The translations under genes were made by a program, and so were the position numbers. A stretch of 64,000 nucleotides of DNA from an uncultured Candidatus Saccharibacteria bacterium (GTDB lineage Bacteria; Patescibacteriota; Minisyncoccia; Phycocordibacterales; UBA918). The DNA lies in contig CAYGTV010000003.1 of the NCBI GenBank assembly GCA_964353135.1, forward strand, positions 26,718 through 90,717. Reading direction: 5' to 3'. The notes beneath the pieces were generated by a model. It saw only the letters and a program-made list of their open reading frames with translations. It was not told the origin of the DNA and searched no databases. Below are positions 60,679 through 64,000 of the stretch, piece after piece (positions within the stretch are counted from its first letter, which is position 1; every line of letters starts with the position of its first letter).

Positions 60679-60838
60679 AAAAAACCCCGAACCATTGCTG
60701 ATTCGGGGCGTGTCGTCTTATTTCTACTCATGCTATCGCCTTCTGACACATCTGGGCTATAGTTAACTGCATGAGGGGCAATATCAAGATGTCGCACGTT
60801 ACGACATACCGCGCTGCTACCACACGTTTACTCGGCTA
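60679..60838 (-). ncRNA. Candidate structured small RNA
   Basis: TTGACA-16 nt-TATCTT promoter (60871-60844), internal stems, terminator CCCCGAA/TTCGGGG-T6; no convincing ORF. Confidence 0.35.
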
Positions 60839-60877
60839 CCAATAAGATAGCACATTTAATTAAATTGTCAATAGATG

Positions 60878-60964
60878 CGGAGAGTAAGGGATTCGAACCC
60901 TTGGAACCCGTAAAGGCTCGGCAGTTTAGTAAACTGCTGCTTTCGACCACTCAGCCAACTCTCC
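60878..60964 (-). tRNA. tRNA-Ser(ACT), A34 anticodon
   Basis: GGAGAGT/ACTCTCC acceptor, G73, long variable arm, GCAGT-TTACTAA-ACTGC. Confidence 0.88.
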
Positions 60965-61271
60965 ATAATATTGTTTTGTAAGAACGCTTTGTTTTTGCCA
61001 GGCGTTCGACCTGGTTTCCTCCTTCGCTCTGTTCAGCTTCGCTTCACAACGAGCGATCTTTCCGCTACGCTCCAAGACCGGATGAAAAGTGAAATTGTTC
61101 ACTTTTCATCCACTCAGCCAACTCTCCAATTATTTATCTCTGTAAGAACGCGTTATTTCTGTCAGGCGTTCGGCTTGGTTTCCTCCTTTGTCCTGTTCGC
61201 TTCGCTTCACAACGGCCAATTCTGACTTTTGTCAGAACCGGATAGATTGAGACGAAAGTCTCAATCTATCC
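60947..61271 (-). repeat. Tandem ~163-nt duplication containing the tRNA-Ser(ACT) 5' end
   Basis: CCACTCAGCCAACTCTCCA exact at 60947-60965 and 61110-61128; shared TGTAAGAACGC, GGCGTTCG, GGTTTCCTCCTT, CTTCGCTTCACAACG and a terminal GGAT..ATCC hairpin. Confidence 0.85.
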
Positions 61272-61318
61272 AAAATGGTGCGCCCATCATTGTAAACTAA
61301 ATTTGAAATTAAAAAAGT

Positions 61319-62014
61319 CTATTCTTGCAGCACTACAGCTGTAAGAAACCGAGCTTCTGGTTCACCAGTCCGAACCGACCGGTAGTGTGAGAAACGATCG
61401 GCCGAGGTCGCTGTATCGATCAAACTGGTGGTAATGTTTTTCAGCAGCACCCCTTCCCCTGTCAGTTGCTCCTGGATGTACGCAGCTAGATCTATCGAGA
61501 TTTCGCCACTAGGCAAATCGGTTATAAATGGCTGCCACTCTGGCTTTTCTTTTTGCACTGCGGTTTCAAACACGTATGAATCAGGTCCAATACCTGAACC
61601 GATGTACACCTCGATGTCAGATGGGTTTGATCCGTACACCTCCGCCATTTGTTGCACTACCTTTGCAGCTAGTTGACGATCAACTGGCTTCCAGCCCAGG
61701 TGTGCCAGAGCTACCACACCAGCAACCGGATCATGGTACGAAACTGGAAAGCAATCACCGGTAAGAAGCAGTAGAACAACACCGGGTGTATTTGTGATTA
61801 ACGCTTCGGTTGCAAACGTCATAGCCTTTTGTGCTTCACCAACATGAGTGACTTTGTCTGCATGCTCACACGCAATCAATACACAATTAGATAATGACAA
61901 TCCCTGCGAATCCAGAAATGCACGAGTGTGCTTTAAAACAACGTTCGGTTTGCCATGTTGAATAGCCAGGTTTCCATCAGCTACAGTGGATTCGGTGTGG
62001 AAGAAAGTGGTCAT
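61319..62014 (-). CDS. pgeF: Polyphenol oxidase/peptidoglycan editing factor PgeF (YfiH) family
   Basis: EH, TGDC.P, AHLGW, IDL, FSHYR. Confidence 0.85.
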   Translation of the reverse strand: MTTFFHTESTVADGNLAIQHGKPNVVLKHTRAFLDSQGLSLSNCVLIACEHADKVTHVGEAQKAMTFATEALITNTPGVVLLLLTGDCFPVSYHDPVAGVVALAHLGWKPVDRQLAAKVVQQMAEVYGSNPSDIEVYIGSGIGPDSYVFETAVQKEKPEWQPFITDLPSGEISIDLAAYIQEQLTGEGVLLKNITTSLIDTATSADRFSHYRSVRTGEPEARFLTAVVLQE

Positions 62015-62257
62015 ATGGTGAGTATAGCAAAATGGAGACGAGAGGTGAGAAAGTCTGGGAGACTTTTGCAAGACTCATTGAGAATTATTGTGAGTGAATA
62101 CGAAACAATAAGTCCAATGAGTGGACAGGTCCTGTAAGGATTCGGTCGCCTCCGCATCAATATATTCTGCGACTACGTCTTGAATCTATTATGCTACCCG
62201 ACCCCGTCGCTTCTGTGTGGACAAAAATTCTTTTGTCCGGCTTCGCCAGAAGCTTTT

Positions 62258-62344
62258 TTCGAATCCTCTCGTCTCGCGCAAAATGCAACAAAACCTAAAG
62301 ACATGCTTTAGGTTTTGGCATTTGCGGAGACGAGAGGATTCGAA
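62258..62344. repeat. Inverted copy of tRNA-Ser(GCT) 3' end closing a long hairpin
   Basis: TTCGAATCCTCTCGTCTC (62258-62275) is complementary to 62327-62344, around CAAAACCTAAAG/CTTTAGGTTTTG. Confidence 0.85.
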
Positions 62345-62409
62345 CCTCCGGGGGCGTGAACCCCACTTCCTTAGCAAGGAAGCACGATAGACCACTCTGA
62401 CACGTCTCC
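62325..62409 (-). tRNA. tRNA-Ser(GCT)
   Basis: GGAGACG/CGTCTCC acceptor, CTTCC-TTGCTAA-GGAAG, long variable arm. Confidence 0.93.
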
Positions 62410-62462
62410 GTAATTATGCTTCTGTGCGAGACAGAATAGCACAATTGGCAGTTGAGAAAAAG

Positions 62463-63611
62463 TTATTTGATTGCACTTGCTACCGCTTTTACCAACCCTG
62501 GTTCGTTGTTGGTTGGGACGATTTTGTCGGCCGTTGGTTTTTTAACCAGACCAGCTATTTTTTTCGCTGCCGCTAGTTTCATATCGTCAGTAATATCACG
62601 CACCCCTTTATCTAGAGCACCACGGAAAATCCCTGGGAACGCCAGCGAGTTGTTGATCTGGTTTGGCATATCACTACGGCCAGTGGCACAGATGAGAGCT
62701 CCTGCCCGTTTGGCATCTTCGGGCATGATCTCTGGGATCGGGTTAGCTAAGGCAAACACGATCGCGTTGTCTGCCATCTTTTGGATATGGGCTGGTGCAA
62801 TGGTACCCGGACCAGACACTCCAACCACCACATCCGCACCAGCAATCACCTGCATCAAGTCACCGGTCACCTGGTCTTTGTTGGTCAGCTTGGCCAACTC
62901 TTGCTTATACGCAGATAGACCCGACCGTCCCTGGGCAATTGCCCCCTGACTATCAGTCACAATCACATTGGAAATCCCCGCCTTTACCAGCAGCAGAGTG
63001 ATTGCCCGCCCGGCTGCCCCCGCACCAACTACCACCACTTTCATTTCGTCTAGTCGTTTTTTGACGACTTTGGAAGCGTTGATTAGACCAGCCAGTACCA
63101 CAATCGCCGTTCCGTGTTGGTCGTCGTGCATAACCGGGATGTCGAGCTCCGCTTTGAGTCTTTCTTCGATCTGGAAACACTTTGGAGCCGAGATGTCCTC
63201 GAGGTTGATCCCACCAAACCCCGGCGCGATGGCCTTTACTACCGCGATGATTTCTTCTGGCTCATGTACATCGAGCACAATCGGAAATGCATCCACGTCA
63301 GCCATGGCTTTAAAAATCGCACACTTTCCCTCCATCACCGGTAGCGCTGGAATCGGACCTAGGTTGCCAAGGCCCAGGATTGCCGAACCGTCGCTAATGA
63401 CCGCAACCATATTTCGCTTCATGGTGTATTCGCGAGCGTCCTTTGGGTTTTTAGCTAAATGAGCAGATACCGCCCCAACTCCTGGTGAATACATCGTACT
63501 CCAGTCAGTTTTTGTCTGAAGCTTGCCTTTGGGAGCAATTGAAATTTTACCCTTTAGCTTTTTATGTAGTTCAAGGGCAAGGCGATTATAGTCTGGTTTT
63601 TTAGCTGGCAT
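62463..63611 (-). CDS. NAD(P)-dependent malic enzyme
   Basis: YSPGV, PVMEGK, NLEDI, HDDQHGT, GAGAAG, ANP.PE, NQINN. Confidence 0.93.
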   Translation of the reverse strand: MPAKKPDYNRLALELHKKLKGKISIAPKGKLQTKTDWSTMYSPGVGAVSAHLAKNPKDAREYTMKRNMVAVISDGSAILGLGNLGPIPALPVMEGKCAIFKAMADVDAFPIVLDVHEPEEIIAVVKAIAPGFGGINLEDISAPKCFQIEERLKAELDIPVMHDDQHGTAIVVLAGLINASKVVKKRLDEMKVVVVGAGAAGRAITLLLVKAGISNVIVTDSQGAIAQGRSGLSAYKQELAKLTNKDQVTGDLMQVIAGADVVVGVSGPGTIAPAHIQKMADNAIVFALANPIPEIMPEDAKRAGALICATGRSDMPNQINNSLAFPGIFRGALDKGVRDITDDMKLAAAKKIAGLVKKPTADKIVPTNNEPGLVKAVASAIK

Positions 63612-63660
63612 GGGATATATGTGGATTTAAAATAATAGTCCTAGTATATCGTACGTGAAA

Positions 63661-63710
63661 AGGCCGGCAACATTTCATTCGAAGACTATCGAAATAAATG
63701 TTGCCGGCCT
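63661..63710. terminator. Long hairpin downstream of small ORF
   Basis: AGGCCGGCAACATTT/AAATGTTGCCGGCCT. Confidence 0.6.
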
Positions 63711-63734
63711 CCTCGCCCTGCTCGACGGTTATAT

Positions 63735-63854
63735 CTAGCGTTCTGCATACTGTTGATACGCTTTTTTGGAAGCTTCAAGCATAGCAGCTCGATCATTCGA
63801 GCCCGAAATCATAACAGCGGCAATGACGAGGACGATGAAGGGAATGAATTTCAT
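63735..63854 (-). CDS. 39-aa hydrophobic peptide
   Basis: SD CAGGAGGA 4 nt before ATG; MKFIPFIVLVIAAVMISG. Confidence 0.45.
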   Translation of the reverse strand: MKFIPFIVLVIAAVMISGSNDRAAMLEASKKAYQQYAER

Positions 63855-64000
63855 CGTATCCTCCTGGTTGTGAGCACCGGTAAACTCAAGGTATGTACAA
63901 AATATGCCCCGGTTAACCATGTTATAACCCATGACCTATAATTTTGGCAAAGGATAACTTTTTTCAGACATATAAAACAAAACGACCTACGCGCTTTGCG

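Noticed and set aside
60679-60838. Identification of the candidate RNA as SRP, 6S or tmRNA
   Set aside because: No SRP helix-8 motif, no clear 6S long-rod structure and no tRNA-like ends are visible; left unassigned.

Overview
This 64-kb window looks like chromosomal DNA of a small-genome Patescibacteria/CPR bacterium, probably Parcubacteria-like. That is inferred from gene content and style: a compact type IV pilus operon, short RF2, an HTH/LAGLIDADG-like gene beside a tRNA, and pervasive -10 boxes just upstream of start codons. It uses genetic code 11. Core genes are ftsEX, prfB, gatCA, ligA, a full pilM/N/O/B/T/C/D plus pilin cluster, comF, recQ, pgeF and malic enzyme. There are six tRNA genes: Thr-GGT, Asp-GTC, a CAT tRNA, fMet interrupted by a 258-nt group I intron, Ser-GCT and an unusual Ser-ACT. 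The accessory region has a Zur/ZIP zinc module, an OLD-like nuclease plus DUF559, a CstR-like/rhodanese/persulfide dioxygenase operon and an ApbE/MsrQ-like/FNR flavinylation module with rubredoxin. The most striking unexplained structures are two. First, a six-copy ~50-65 bp hairpin repeat separates single genes or gene pairs like a polarised cassette array (39.8-44.7 kb), with no integrase in the window. Second, inverted or direct copies of tRNA ends form long hairpins or duplications at four of the six tRNAs. All calls are from motif reading by eye; no database searches were run.
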